DNA from: a bacterium
Lineage (GTDB): Bacteria; UBA9089; JASEIO01
Direction of reading: 5' to 3'
Assembly: GCA_030017475.1 (NCBI GenBank)
Contig: JASEIO010000002.1
Span: forward strand, 1 to 63,204
Length of the DNA: 63,204 nt
The notes below the pieces were generated by a model that searched no databases, was not told the DNA's origin, and worked only from the letters and a program-made list of their open reading frames with translations. Positions 33,681-42,584 of this stretch are shown here, one piece after another (within the stretch, counting starts at the first letter, position 1; every line of letters starts with the position of its first letter). The position numbers and the translations under genes were made by a program.

Positions 33681-36038
33681 TTAAATATCCACATCTCTTA
33701 TAATTAAAACTGTATTTTTGCCACCAAATCCAAAAGAATTTGACACAGCTACCTTAATATTACTTTCACGTCCAACATTTGGAACATAATCAAGATCACA
33801 TTCAGGATCAGGATTTTCAAGGTTAATGGTGGGGTGAATGAAATTATTTTGCATTTCTAAGACAGAGGCTATTAACTCAATAGCCCCTGTTGCCCCTATT
33901 GAATGGCCAATCATAGATTTAATAGAATTTATAGGCAATTTATAGGCATAATCACCAAAAACTTGCTTGAGAACCTTAGTTTCTATCTTATCTCCTAATG
34001 GAGTAGATGAACCATGAGCACTAATATAATCTACATCTTCTATATTCAAATTGGCATCTTGTAAAGCCAATTTTATAGCTCGAGCTGCCTGTGTTCCATC
34101 AGGAGAAGGGGAAGTCATATGATAGGCATCTCCTGATACACCATAACCAACCACCTCTGCATAAATAGGAGCTCCTCGCTTTAGGGCATGTTCTAATTCC
34201 TCTAAGATTAATATACCTGCTCCCTCAGACAATACAAAGCCATCCCTTTCTCTATCAAAAGGACGGGATGCCTTCTCTGGTTCATCATTACGAGTGGATA
34301 AAGCCCTTATTGCCTGGAATGAAATAATAACAAGAGGTCTCATAGGGGCTTCAGTCCCACCTGTAACCATCAGATCAACTTCTCCATTCCTTATCTTATT
34401 AAAGGAATAGCCAATAGCATCTGCACCAGCTGTACATCCTGTGGAAATAGTGAAACTTGGTCCTTTTACACCCAAATTTATTGAAACCTCAGACGAAATA
34501 GCTCCAGCAAAAATAACTACAGATAGATAAGGGCTGACCCTCTCCGGTCCTTTCTCAAGATAGGTTTTATACTGGTCTTCTCCAAATCCCAATCCTCCTC
34601 CTCCTGCCCCAATAATAACTCCAATTCTGTGAGGATCAAGTTTCCTTATATCTTCTAAATTGGCATCTTTTAAAGCCATTTGAGCAGCTGCAATAGCAAA
34701 TTGGGTCTCTCTACCACTATGCCTTATCTTTTTTTTATCTATCCAATTTAAGGGATCAAACTCAGTATTTCGGATCTCTCCTCCAATCTTTACCTTTAAA
34801 TCGGATGTATCAAAACTCTCTATTCTTCTTATACCAGATCTACCTTCCTTAACTGCTTCCCAAAATGCATCCTTTCCGATTCCAATTGGGGTGATTACAC
34901 CTAATCCAGTAATTACTACCCTTCTTTTTATCCCCTCTTTTTCTCTTTTAACAGAGGTAAATGTCCTTATCCTATCTTCTCCTTTCTTTTTTGCCCAAGA
35001 GAAAGCCTCCTCAACCCTTTTTATTAACATTTCAGGGGTTTTAATCTCTTTAGAGAGACTTGCTACCCCAAAGGTGGAGGTTATAGATATATTTAGATCT
35101 TTATCTTTCAAGAACACCCAACCCTTTATAATCTTCCTCAATCTTTCTGCTACCTCATAGGTCCTTTCCTCTGGTGTATTTGGTAGAATAATCATAAACT
35201 TCTTCCCGCCTACCCGGGTTAATATCTCGGATTTTCTAATATTTTTTAAAATGAGGCAAGCAAATTCCTTTAGAACCTGATCCCCAATTAGATGACCATA
35301 GGTCTGATTAATCTCTTCAAGACGGTCTATATCAAGCAATATCAAGGAAAGGTTCGAATTATATCTTTCTGCTCGGGCTATTTCTCCCTCCAAGCGAGCA
35401 ATCAGGTATCTTTTATTATGTAATGATGTCAAATCATCAATCATCAATAATCCATCCTTTTCTTCAATTAGCTTTATGAATCTATCTGCACTTTCCTGGA
35501 GACGATAGTAGCGAGAGATGGTTTCTGAGAAAGGCTTAATTAATGCCATTAACATCTTCCCACCGATAAGCAACTGGTCTCTTGATACCCTCCTAATCAA
35601 CTGCAAATTCATCAATAGATCATTCTCCGAAACCCCAATTTCTTTAGCAAATCTCCGACATCTTTCATAAACTGCCTCCTCTTCTAAAACCCCACCCATT
35701 AAAATAGCTCCTATTGGCTTTTCCTGAAGAACCAATGACACGGAAAAGTTGAGTAAACCTGCAGGACATTTAAAAATAGAAAAACCTTCTTCTATACTCT
35801 CTGAAGAAAAACAATTCATTCTGTAGGATTGGCAGCACCTTATTTGGCCAATCTTTGATGACTGGATAAGACGACACGCCTTGTGCAGATGCTGAAAACC
35901 AGCTATAAACCTTCCATCTTTATCTACAAACTGGGCCTTTGTGCCAGTTATCTCATGACACACATCCTGAATATTTTCCCATTGATTAAGTAAGTTTACC
36001 AAATCTGATAGATCAACAGGAGGGGTTTCTTTAGTCAT
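33681..36038 (-). CDS. Three-domain fusion: PocR-like sensor, degenerate GGDEF (GGKKF), KAS I/II-type beta-ketoacyl synthase
   Basis: PocR pattern (FKCPAGLLNFSVSLVLQEKPIGAILMGG). GGDEF fold (DDLTSLHNKRY...LLDIDRLEEINQTYGHLIGDQVL...RKSEILTRVGGKKF). Full ketosynthase (RRVVITGLGVITPIG...TGCTAGADAIGY...SAHGSSTPLGD...MIGHSIGATGAIE). The ATG at 36038 is preferred over the GTG at 36050. Confidence 0.85.
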   Translation of the reverse strand: MTKETPPVDLSDLVNLLNQWENIQDVCHEITGTKAQFVDKDGRFIAGFQHLHKACRLIQSSKIGQIRCCQSYRMNCFSSESIEEGFSIFKCPAGLLNFSVSLVLQEKPIGAILMGGVLEEEAVYERCRRFAKEIGVSENDLLMNLQLIRRVSRDQLLIGGKMLMALIKPFSETISRYYRLQESADRFIKLIEEKDGLLMIDDLTSLHNKRYLIARLEGEIARAERYNSNLSLILLDIDRLEEINQTYGHLIGDQVLKEFACLILKNIRKSEILTRVGGKKFMIILPNTPEERTYEVAERLRKIIKGWVFLKDKDLNISITSTFGVASLSKEIKTPEMLIKRVEEAFSWAKKKGEDRIRTFTSVKREKEGIKRRVVITGLGVITPIGIGKDAFWEAVKEGRSGIRRIESFDTSDLKVKIGGEIRNTEFDPLNWIDKKKIRHSGRETQFAIAAAQMALKDANLEDIRKLDPHRIGVIIGAGGGGLGFGEDQYKTYLEKGPERVSPYLSVVIFAGAISSEVSINLGVKGPSFTISTGCTAGADAIGYSFNKIRNGEVDLMVTGGTEAPMRPLVIISFQAIRALSTRNDEPEKASRPFDRERDGFVLSEGAGILILEELEHALKRGAPIYAEVVGYGVSGDAYHMTSPSPDGTQAARAIKLALQDANLNIEDVDYISAHGSSTPLGDKIETKVLKQVFGDYAYKLPINSIKSMIGHSIGATGAIELIASVLEMQNNFIHPTINLENPDPECDLDYVPNVGRESNIKVAVSNSFGFGGKNTVLIIRDVDI

Positions 36039-36077
36039 ATTATTCACCACCCTTTGTTTGAAATCCTTAAAGAATCT

Positions 36078-36533
36078 TCATCCTCTACGTCCTATCTGAA
36101 GACCTTCCTCTACCTTCCTCTTGACTCCCTCTAAGGTCTGGGTAGCCATCTTCTTTACAATTCGCGAAACAATCAGTCTTCCAATCAGATTTCCAATCAA
36201 AGGAACCTTCTTATATTCAAAGTCATGTGTTAAAACTATCCTTGTCCCATCATCTATTTCCGCAAACTTCCATTCTATCTTCATACCTTTTAGCGGACCC
36301 TCTAACTGCTCTGCCTTAATTAACCTTTTATCCTTATCCACAAAAACACGGGACCTCCACTTATAGCCAGCTTCACTTTCTCGCTCAACTATCATTTCCG
36401 GTCCCTCTTTACTTAAAATCCTTACCTCTTTATAGGTAGGTATAAATTCAGGATATCTTTCCACATCCGAAGATATTTCAAAAACCTCATCCACATTTCC
36501 TTTAATCACGATTGTATCTTCTGTATGTATCAT
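36078..36533 (-). CDS. SRPBCC (polyketide cyclase/dehydrase, START-like) protein (copy 2)
   Basis: TIVIKGNVDEVFEISSDVERYPEFI...LEGPLKGMKIEWKFAE. Paralog of 31627..32046. The ATG at 36533 lies 1 nt after the cyclase stop, behind GAGGAG. Confidence 0.7.
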   Translation of the reverse strand: MIHTEDTIVIKGNVDEVFEISSDVERYPEFIPTYKEVRILSKEGPEMIVERESEAGYKWRSRVFVDKDKRLIKAEQLEGPLKGMKIEWKFAEIDDGTRIVLTHDFEYKKVPLIGNLIGRLIVSRIVKKMATQTLEGVKRKVEEGLQIGRRG

Positions 36534-36534
36534 T

Positions 36535-37362
36535 TTACTCCTCAATTATTGCAACTGGTCTTACCCAACCAGCACCTGCCCTCTCAATATTTACTGGAAA
36601 ACAAACTACCTTAAAACCAAAAGGCTTGGGAAGCCGGTCTAAATTTCCCATCTTTTCTATATGACAATATTCCTTCTCCCTTCCAGCAAAATGGGCCGGC
36701 CAAAGGTATCTTTTATCTCGAGTTCTTATATAATCCGTAAACATATTCACCCAAGGCCGATCAAAACCAAATGCATCAATCCCTATTATCTTCACACCTT
36801 GTTCTACTAAGAATAGGGTCGCCTCCTTTGACATCCCAGGTTGAAAAAGAAGATAGTCCCTATCTTCTAAATATTTATCCTGTCCAGTTCTAATAAGCAC
36901 GATGTCATATGGCTTAATTTTGTAATCTATTCTCTCTAATGCCTCTTTTATATCATCCGCCGTTATAAACTCCCCTGGTTTTTTATGCGTTAAGTCAAGA
37001 AGAACACCATCTGCGAAACACCATTCAAGTGGAACCTCCTGGATGGTCTTTGAGGGTTTTCCACAAGAGCGGGGACCAAAATGCCATGGGGCATCAAGAT
37101 GTGTTCCAGCATGGGTATCCGTCTTTATCACCTCTAAGGCTATACCCATTCCATTAGGGAAGTTTTTTGCTGTAATTCTGTATCTTCCTACTAAATAAAG
37201 GAAGAAATTCTTAACATGATCAAAAAACGATCTTCCTTTACAAAGCACTGCCCCTAAACCAAGAAGTAACGCCCCTCTTTTATGGTCTATATATTTAATC
37301 TTGGGTGGGTCAGGCTCATGTCCACCACTACGTAAAGGAACACTTAAATCAATGAGTTTCAT
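36535..37362 (-). CDS. Cyclase-family protein (kynurenine formamidase-like fold)
   Basis: TDTHAGTHLDAPWHF metal-binding motif and overall size. The ORF-track TTG start was trimmed to ATG 37362, behind GGAGGTGG. Confidence 0.75.
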   Translation of the reverse strand: MKLIDLSVPLRSGGHEPDPPKIKYIDHKRGALLLGLGAVLCKGRSFFDHVKNFFLYLVGRYRITAKNFPNGMGIALEVIKTDTHAGTHLDAPWHFGPRSCGKPSKTIQEVPLEWCFADGVLLDLTHKKPGEFITADDIKEALERIDYKIKPYDIVLIRTGQDKYLEDRDYLLFQPGMSKEATLFLVEQGVKIIGIDAFGFDRPWVNMFTDYIRTRDKRYLWPAHFAGREKEYCHIEKMGNLDRLPKPFGFKVVCFPVNIERAGAGWVRPVAIIEE

Positions 37363-37442
37363 CCTTTTACCACCTCCCAAAATTAGAGCTGATTAGCTAC
37401 ATCAAGATTAAGCTGCCAATTATTTAAGCCAGTACCTTAAGT

Positions 37443-39644
37443 TTACCCTCTATCCCGGAAGTTGTCAATAATATAGTTTAGTTGTTCCTGTTTTGTGGAA
37501 ATCTTTCCATCAATTTTAGCGTATAACAACTCCTTTACAATCTCTTTATATAGTGGTCCAGGTTTTATTCCCAGTCTTTTTAAATCCTCTCCCGAAACAT
37601 CTACACTTACATTTCTCAAATCACCAATGAATTTTATAATTCGTTCCTTTATTAAATCACCACTTTTATATCTAACCTCTGCTTTGGAAATCATGAATAT
37701 AAGTACTTCTATTGGAATGCCTTTAAGCATCTTATAGATAGAACTTGCAGAAAGCTCTTCTTTTTGCAAGGCAATAATCAGTTTATCGCTCATATGCTTG
37801 GCAAGTAACACCTTCTCATTTTGTGATTTAGTAAACTTAAACCTTTTTATCACATCCCGGAGCTCCTCTAAATTTAACCTATCTACTAAACATAGAAAAT
37901 AGATCAGGAAACATTCTATTTTTTCTTCAATAACCACTTGTAGATTAAAGATGGTATCTTGAATGCTACGGAACATTAAAGCAAGTTTTTTCGTAACCCT
38001 TATCTTTGGATGTATATATTTAAGTACTCCAAACTCAGCCAATCGTGAAATAGCTGGGAAAGGGTCCTCCTCAGATAATACTAAAATCAATTCATCCCGG
38101 AATCTCTCTTTACCCAAATACTTAAATACTTCGGATTTTACAGCTTTATTGATAAGTGAAACCGTCTCTTCATCAAGTAGGAAATTGTGTCTTTTTTCAA
38201 ACCTCACTGCACGAAAGATTCGGGTTGGATCATCATAAAAACTCAAATTATGCAACACCTTAATGATTCTTTCTTTAAGATGTATCTGCCCTCCAAAAAA
38301 ATCTATCAAATTGCCAAAATATTTTCTATTAAGCTGAACAGCCATAGCATTGATAGTAAAATCTCGCCTATACAAATCCTCTTTTATTGTACCATAGGTA
38401 ACTATTGGCAATACAGCAGGTCTCGTATAGATCTCTTTCCGAGCGGATGCTACATCGAGTTTAAAACCCCAAGATAAGGTAACCACTGCAGTTTTAAACA
38501 TCTTATGAACCTTTGCCTTCCCCCCTGAACATGCCGCAAAAACCCGAGCAAATCTAATTCCATCACCATCTACCACAATATCTATATCAAAATTCTCTTC
38601 CCCTAATAACAAATCCCTTACAAATCCACCAACCACATATGTTGGATAATTCAAAGAATCTGAAACACGGGATATTTCCCGAAATAGACTCTTAATCTTT
38701 TTAGGAAGTCTTTCCATTAGATCCTTAACATTTTGGGTTTCAAAAAGTATGTTTAATAATCTATCCTCTATTTCTTTCAAATCCCGTTTTAAAATAGTAG
38801 TTGATGCAGCTCCGCTATGCCCCCCTCCATTAAATCGTGAAAGCACCTTTCTAACATCCACCTCTTTCTTTCTTGATCTGGCTATTAGATGGATCTTCCC
38901 ATCCACCTCTATTATAGTAAATAAAGCATCGGGCTTTTCAATGTCCATTATTTTATGAACTACGACTGCTAAATCAGGAATGTAATTTGAAATTTTGGTG
39001 GAGGCGACAGCTACCCAAGCCCCATTTATAAAATGGCACTTTAGATTATGTAACAGCTCATCAAGCAGCGAAACCTGCTCTTTGGTTAATTCCTGATTTG
39101 CAAAGCGAGCTACCAGGTTTAAATCAGCATTACACTTTAGTAGATAAGCCACTGCCTCAAGATCTTTTGGAGTGGTGGTAGGAAAGGTAAGGCAGCCTGT
39201 ATCAGAATAGATACCAAGGCAAAATATAGTAGCTTCCATAGGGGTAATACTTAAATCCCGTGATCTTATCAAATCCAACAGAATAGTAGCTGTTGCTCCA
39301 AGTTCTTCTGTAACCATTATATCTCCTTTAATATCGTTTGCCTTCGAAGGATGATGGTCATAAATATAGATAGGAATTCTTTTTTCAAGTAACTCTTTAA
39401 ATTTACCTATTCTACCTGGAAGCCTTGTATCCACAATAATAACCTTTTTTACCCTATCTATTTCTATATCCTTATGTTTCTCTATATTCGGAAGATGATG
39501 ATTGTAAACTTTTATAAAGTCTTTTACCCCACGTTCTGCATTTCCTGGTAAAACCAGGTGTGCCTTTGGGTATAATTTCTTTGCTGCTAATAAACTTGCC
39601 AAGGCATCAAAATCGGCATTAGTATGAGTAACAATAATCTCCAC
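37443..39644 (-). CDS. cca: DHH/DHHA1 phosphoesterase domain fused to a tRNA nucleotidyltransferase (CCA-adding/poly(A) polymerase family)
   Basis: N-terminus VTHTNADFDALASLLAAKKLYP (DHH) and GGGHSGAAS (DHHA1). The C-half has VVGGFVRDLLLG...DIDIVV and RRDFTINAM head-domain motifs. GTG start. Confidence 0.8.
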   Translation of the reverse strand: MEIIVTHTNADFDALASLLAAKKLYPKAHLVLPGNAERGVKDFIKVYNHHLPNIEKHKDIEIDRVKKVIIVDTRLPGRIGKFKELLEKRIPIYIYDHHPSKANDIKGDIMVTEELGATATILLDLIRSRDLSITPMEATIFCLGIYSDTGCLTFPTTTPKDLEAVAYLLKCNADLNLVARFANQELTKEQVSLLDELLHNLKCHFINGAWVAVASTKISNYIPDLAVVVHKIMDIEKPDALFTIIEVDGKIHLIARSRKKEVDVRKVLSRFNGGGHSGAASTTILKRDLKEIEDRLLNILFETQNVKDLMERLPKKIKSLFREISRVSDSLNYPTYVVGGFVRDLLLGEENFDIDIVVDGDGIRFARVFAACSGGKAKVHKMFKTAVVTLSWGFKLDVASARKEIYTRPAVLPIVTYGTIKEDLYRRDFTINAMAVQLNRKYFGNLIDFFGGQIHLKERIIKVLHNLSFYDDPTRIFRAVRFEKRHNFLLDEETVSLINKAVKSEVFKYLGKERFRDELILVLSEEDPFPAISRLAEFGVLKYIHPKIRVTKKLALMFRSIQDTIFNLQVVIEEKIECFLIYFLCLVDRLNLEELRDVIKRFKFTKSQNEKVLLAKHMSDKLIIALQKEELSASSIYKMLKGIPIEVLIFMISKAEVRYKSGDLIKERIIKFIGDLRNVSVDVSGEDLKRLGIKPGPLYKEIVKELLYAKIDGKISTKQEQLNYIIDNFRDRG

Positions 39645-39648
39645 TTTA

Positions 39649-39668
39649 ACTTACAGCTTACAGCTTTG
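39649..39668. repeat. AAGCTRTAAG-family half element
   Basis: ACTTACAGCTTACAGCTTTG fills the 25-nt gap between the xerD stop and the cca start. Confidence 0.6.
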
Positions 39669-39669
39669 T

Positions 39670-40554
39670 TTACCCCCTTGGATGATATCTTCTATGTATC
39701 TCTTTTAACCGAGCCTGAGTAATATGGGTATAAATCTGGGTAGTGGATATATCCTGATGACCTAACATCTCCTGTACAGAACGAAGATCTGCATCATGGG
39801 ACAATAAATGGGTAGCAAATGAATGACGTATAATGTGAGGAAAGACAGGTTTTTTTATTCCACATCTTTTGGCAATCCCACGAATTATCTTCCACGCCCC
39901 TTTACGAGATAGTTTCCCTCCTCTCCAATTCACAAACAGATATTGATTGTTATCCTTTACCAATCTCCCACGAGCAAGCTCTAAATATCTCCTAATAGCA
40001 TCCCGCGCCTTCTTCCCTACAGGAACTATTCTTTCCTTTGCCCCTTTCCCAAATACCCGAACAAACCCGATTTCTAAATCGATATCTTTCAACTCAAGGG
40101 AAACTAACTCCTCAACTCTAACCCCAGTGGCATAAAGTAATTCTAAAGCGGCTTTATCCCTTAAACCTAAAGGAGAATTTACATCTGGTTGATTTAAAAG
40201 TAGTTCTATCTCTTGGTAAGTAAGAAAGCGAGGAAGAGTGGATGTAACTTTGGGGGACTCCAAATTATGAGTGGGGTTATCATTTAGAACATCCTCTTTA
40301 AGCAAAAATCTATAAAACATTTTGATAGCACTAAATTTTCTGGCAATTGACCGAGGTTTTATCCCCCCCTTTTTTAGATCCCGTAAATAAGAGATTATTA
40401 TATCTCTTTTAGTTTTACCAAAAGATGTAACTCCACGCCTTTCAAGAAAACTATGGTATTGCTGCAAGTCCCTCGAGTAAGCTAAACAGGTATTCTTTGA
40501 TAATCCTCTTTCTACTGCTAAATAATCGATAAACTCATTGATTAACTCTTTCAT
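39670..40554 (-). CDS. xerD: Tyrosine recombinase XerC/XerD family
   Basis: 294 aa. N-terminal SAM-like domain (FIDYLAVERGLSKNTCLAYSRDL) and catalytic R...HxxR...Y (RHSFATHLL, LGHQDISTTQIYTHI). Confidence 0.85.
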   Translation of the reverse strand: MKELINEFIDYLAVERGLSKNTCLAYSRDLQQYHSFLERRGVTSFGKTKRDIIISYLRDLKKGGIKPRSIARKFSAIKMFYRFLLKEDVLNDNPTHNLESPKVTSTLPRFLTYQEIELLLNQPDVNSPLGLRDKAALELLYATGVRVEELVSLELKDIDLEIGFVRVFGKGAKERIVPVGKKARDAIRRYLELARGRLVKDNNQYLFVNWRGGKLSRKGAWKIIRGIAKRCGIKKPVFPHIIRHSFATHLLSHDADLRSVQEMLGHQDISTTQIYTHITQARLKEIHRRYHPRG

Positions 40555-40598
40555 CCATTATAATTATAATACTATATAGGTTTAAAAAAGTCAATAAA

Positions 40599-40654
40599 AA
40601 AGCTGTAAGTCGTAAGGATTAAGCTTTTTTTATCTGCTTATAACTTACAGCTTT
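40599..40654 (-). terminator. Inverted-repeat element of the AAGCTRTAAG family; likely terminator after the CsgG-like gene
   Basis: AAAGCTGTAAGT (40599-40610) pairs perfectly with ACTTACAGCTTT (40643-40654), and the minus strand continues TTTTTATTGA. Homologous to 16126-16178. Confidence 0.55.
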
Positions 40655-40716
40655 AAGAAATCTGATTACTAAGATACATCAACCAAGCCGTTTCAAAAAA
40701 CGGAAGCTATTTCTCT

Positions 40717-41721
40717 CTACTCAACCTTTACTACATCATTGATCTTAAAACCTTGCCCTGATTTAATAACAGAGATTGAATATCCATCTTCTACATCTAT
40801 AACTTGAATTTCTCCAGATCTCTTCATTTCAAACCCTAAACCTTCCCCTGTTAAAGGATCAATTATCTCTTCGCCCAATGAATAGACAGTGAATATATCA
40901 CCAACCTTTGTTCCAACAGATGATCCACAATTTATATAAAATTTGTCTCCCTCAATCTTTATAATCCTTCCTTTTAAAAGAACTTTCTTTACATCTTCTC
41001 CATATTCCTTCTTTTTAGCCTTTTCGACCTCTTTACGCTCCCCATAATAAGGATAATGAGCCCTTCTAAAAGCCTCAGTAACTTTTTTAACAGCTTGATT
41101 TATTGCAAGTCTTGTTGCCTTTCCTATAGTTGTGCGGTTAAACTCCTTATCTCCAAAATCCATTCTTTGCAACTTAGTTAAATCAGACTCCGCAACTCTA
41201 CCTCTCCTCCTTAATTTCTTTGACACTTGTCCTTCAGCAGTTTCAGTGGCAAGGATATTTCCAGTCCCTGGATCAATTATCTTTATATCTAACTTAACCT
41301 TAGCTACCTCTGGCACTACCCTAACACGTCCCCTAACTTGCCCTTCCTGTTCCTTTATCTCAAATTCATCCACATCCCCTGTAATAATTGCATCCACTCC
41401 CAATATCTCTTTTACTATAGCAGCATATTGAGAGATAGCCTCTGGAGAAAATCCTAAGGCCTGCCCTTTAAATCTTTCCCTTTTTTCTATAACTACAAAG
41501 TCCTCTGATTCTACTAAAGCCTCAGTTAACTCATTAGCCATTCCTTTTCCTATATCCCAAAAGCTTGAGAATGTTCTATCTGTTTTATCTTCGAAAGCAA
41601 TTACAGTAACTAACCTCTTAGGAATTTCCTGCTCTATTCTTCTACCTCTAACACCAACTCTCACGCAACCAACAACCATTATTAAAATTAATAAATTGGC
41701 AATAAATATCTTTCGATTCAC
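40717..41721 (-). CDS. Lipoprotein, CsgG/LpoB-like N-domain plus C-terminal beta domain
   Basis: Lipobox (IMVVGC). VTVIAFEDKTDRT...GMANELTEALVESEDFVVIEKRE...AIITGDV resembles CsgG-family lipoproteins. The family assignment is tentative. Confidence 0.45.
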   Translation of the reverse strand: MNRKIFIANLLILIMVVGCVRVGVRGRRIEQEIPKRLVTVIAFEDKTDRTFSSFWDIGKGMANELTEALVESEDFVVIEKRERFKGQALGFSPEAISQYAAIVKEILGVDAIITGDVDEFEIKEQEGQVRGRVRVVPEVAKVKLDIKIIDPGTGNILATETAEGQVSKKLRRRGRVAESDLTKLQRMDFGDKEFNRTTIGKATRLAINQAVKKVTEAFRRAHYPYYGERKEVEKAKKKEYGEDVKKVLLKGRIIKIEGDKFYINCGSSVGTKVGDIFTVYSLGEEIIDPLTGEGLGFEMKRSGEIQVIDVEDGYSISVIKSGQGFKINDVVKVE

Positions 41722-41834
41722 ACAACACCTCCTTTAGCAGGGTCGGCGTATCGTCTTTACCCCCACCAAAAATCCAAAATCCTAAGTACCAAATCGCAAA
41801 CAGATTCAAAATTCCAAATTCTAAACCTTCTTTG

Positions 41835-41856
41835 TTTTGGTCATTGGAATTTAGAT
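41835..41856. repeat. TTYGGTCATTNGRATTT motif, copy 2
   Basis: TTTTGGTCATTGGAATTTAGAT, inside a 234-nt non-coding region rich in GGAATTT/AGATTT-like degenerate repeats. Confidence 0.5.
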
Positions 41857-41916
41857 ATTGAGATTTGTTTGAAATCTGTTATTTGGAATTTACTGATTCT
41901 GTATACTCTGAAAAAC

Positions 41917-41935
41917 CTCTGTGGATTCTGTGGCT
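41917..41935. repeat. CACGGAT-family repeat, inverted and diverged copy
   Basis: CTCTGTGGATTCTGTGGCT is the reverse complement of AGCCACAGAATCCACAGAG. Compare AGCCACGGATTATCACGGATG at 13281. Confidence 0.5.
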
Positions 41936-41955
41936 AAAAGAAAATTCCTGGACTA

Positions 41956-42582
41956 TCAAGTTAAGAATGGATTGGTCAACCTTTCCTTTTCAATGGTAGA
42001 TTTCTCACCATGTCCAGGGTAGATAATAATTCCGCCATCTAAAATCAACAGCCTTGTCTTTATAGACTTAATTAAGGCCTCATGCGATCCATAAGGAAAG
42101 TCAGTCCTTCCAACACCTGAAGCAAAAAGGGTATCTCCAGTAAACAAAAACCTATCTATTCTCAAACAGATACTTCCAGGGGTGTGTCCAGGGGTATGAA
42201 TAACGTTTAAATTTATCCTACCAACTTTGATTACATCCTCATCATCTAATAATCTATCTGCCTTATCTATGGATATATCTCTCATAAAAAGGCTTGATAA
42301 ATTAAGCACTGGATCTGTAAGTAATTTTTCATCTTCCTTATGGAGCAGAACCTCGCAATCTGTAGTCTTTTTGACTGAAGAATTAGCTCCTATGTGATCA
42401 ATATGTCCATGGGTATTGATAATATAGGTCAGGCGGAGATCATTCTCTTTTAATATCCTTAAAATTAAACCTGAGTCTCCACCAGGATCAATAACTACTG
42501 ATTCTTTAGTCTCATTACATCCAATTATATAGCAATTGGAAGAAAAATCCGAAACCACTAATCTTTTTATAAAAACCTTCAT
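41956..42582 (-). CDS. MBL-fold metallo-hydrolase (glyoxalase II-like)
   Basis: HTHGHIDHIG (HxHxDH) and TPGHTPGS motifs. 208 aa. Confidence 0.8.
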   Translation of the reverse strand: MKVFIKRLVVSDFSSNCYIIGCNETKESVVIDPGGDSGLILRILKENDLRLTYIINTHGHIDHIGANSSVKKTTDCEVLLHKEDEKLLTDPVLNLSSLFMRDISIDKADRLLDDEDVIKVGRINLNVIHTPGHTPGSICLRIDRFLFTGDTLFASGVGRTDFPYGSHEALIKSIKTRLLILDGGIIIYPGHGEKSTIEKERLTNPFLT

Positions 42583-42584
42583 AC

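Noticed and set aside
39670-40716. xerD as a marker of an integrated mobile element, or a nearby dif site
   Set aside because: It has the size and motifs of a housekeeping XerC/D. There are no flanking direct repeats, no phage or transposon genes, and no recognisable dif-like 28-mer in the adjacent spacers.
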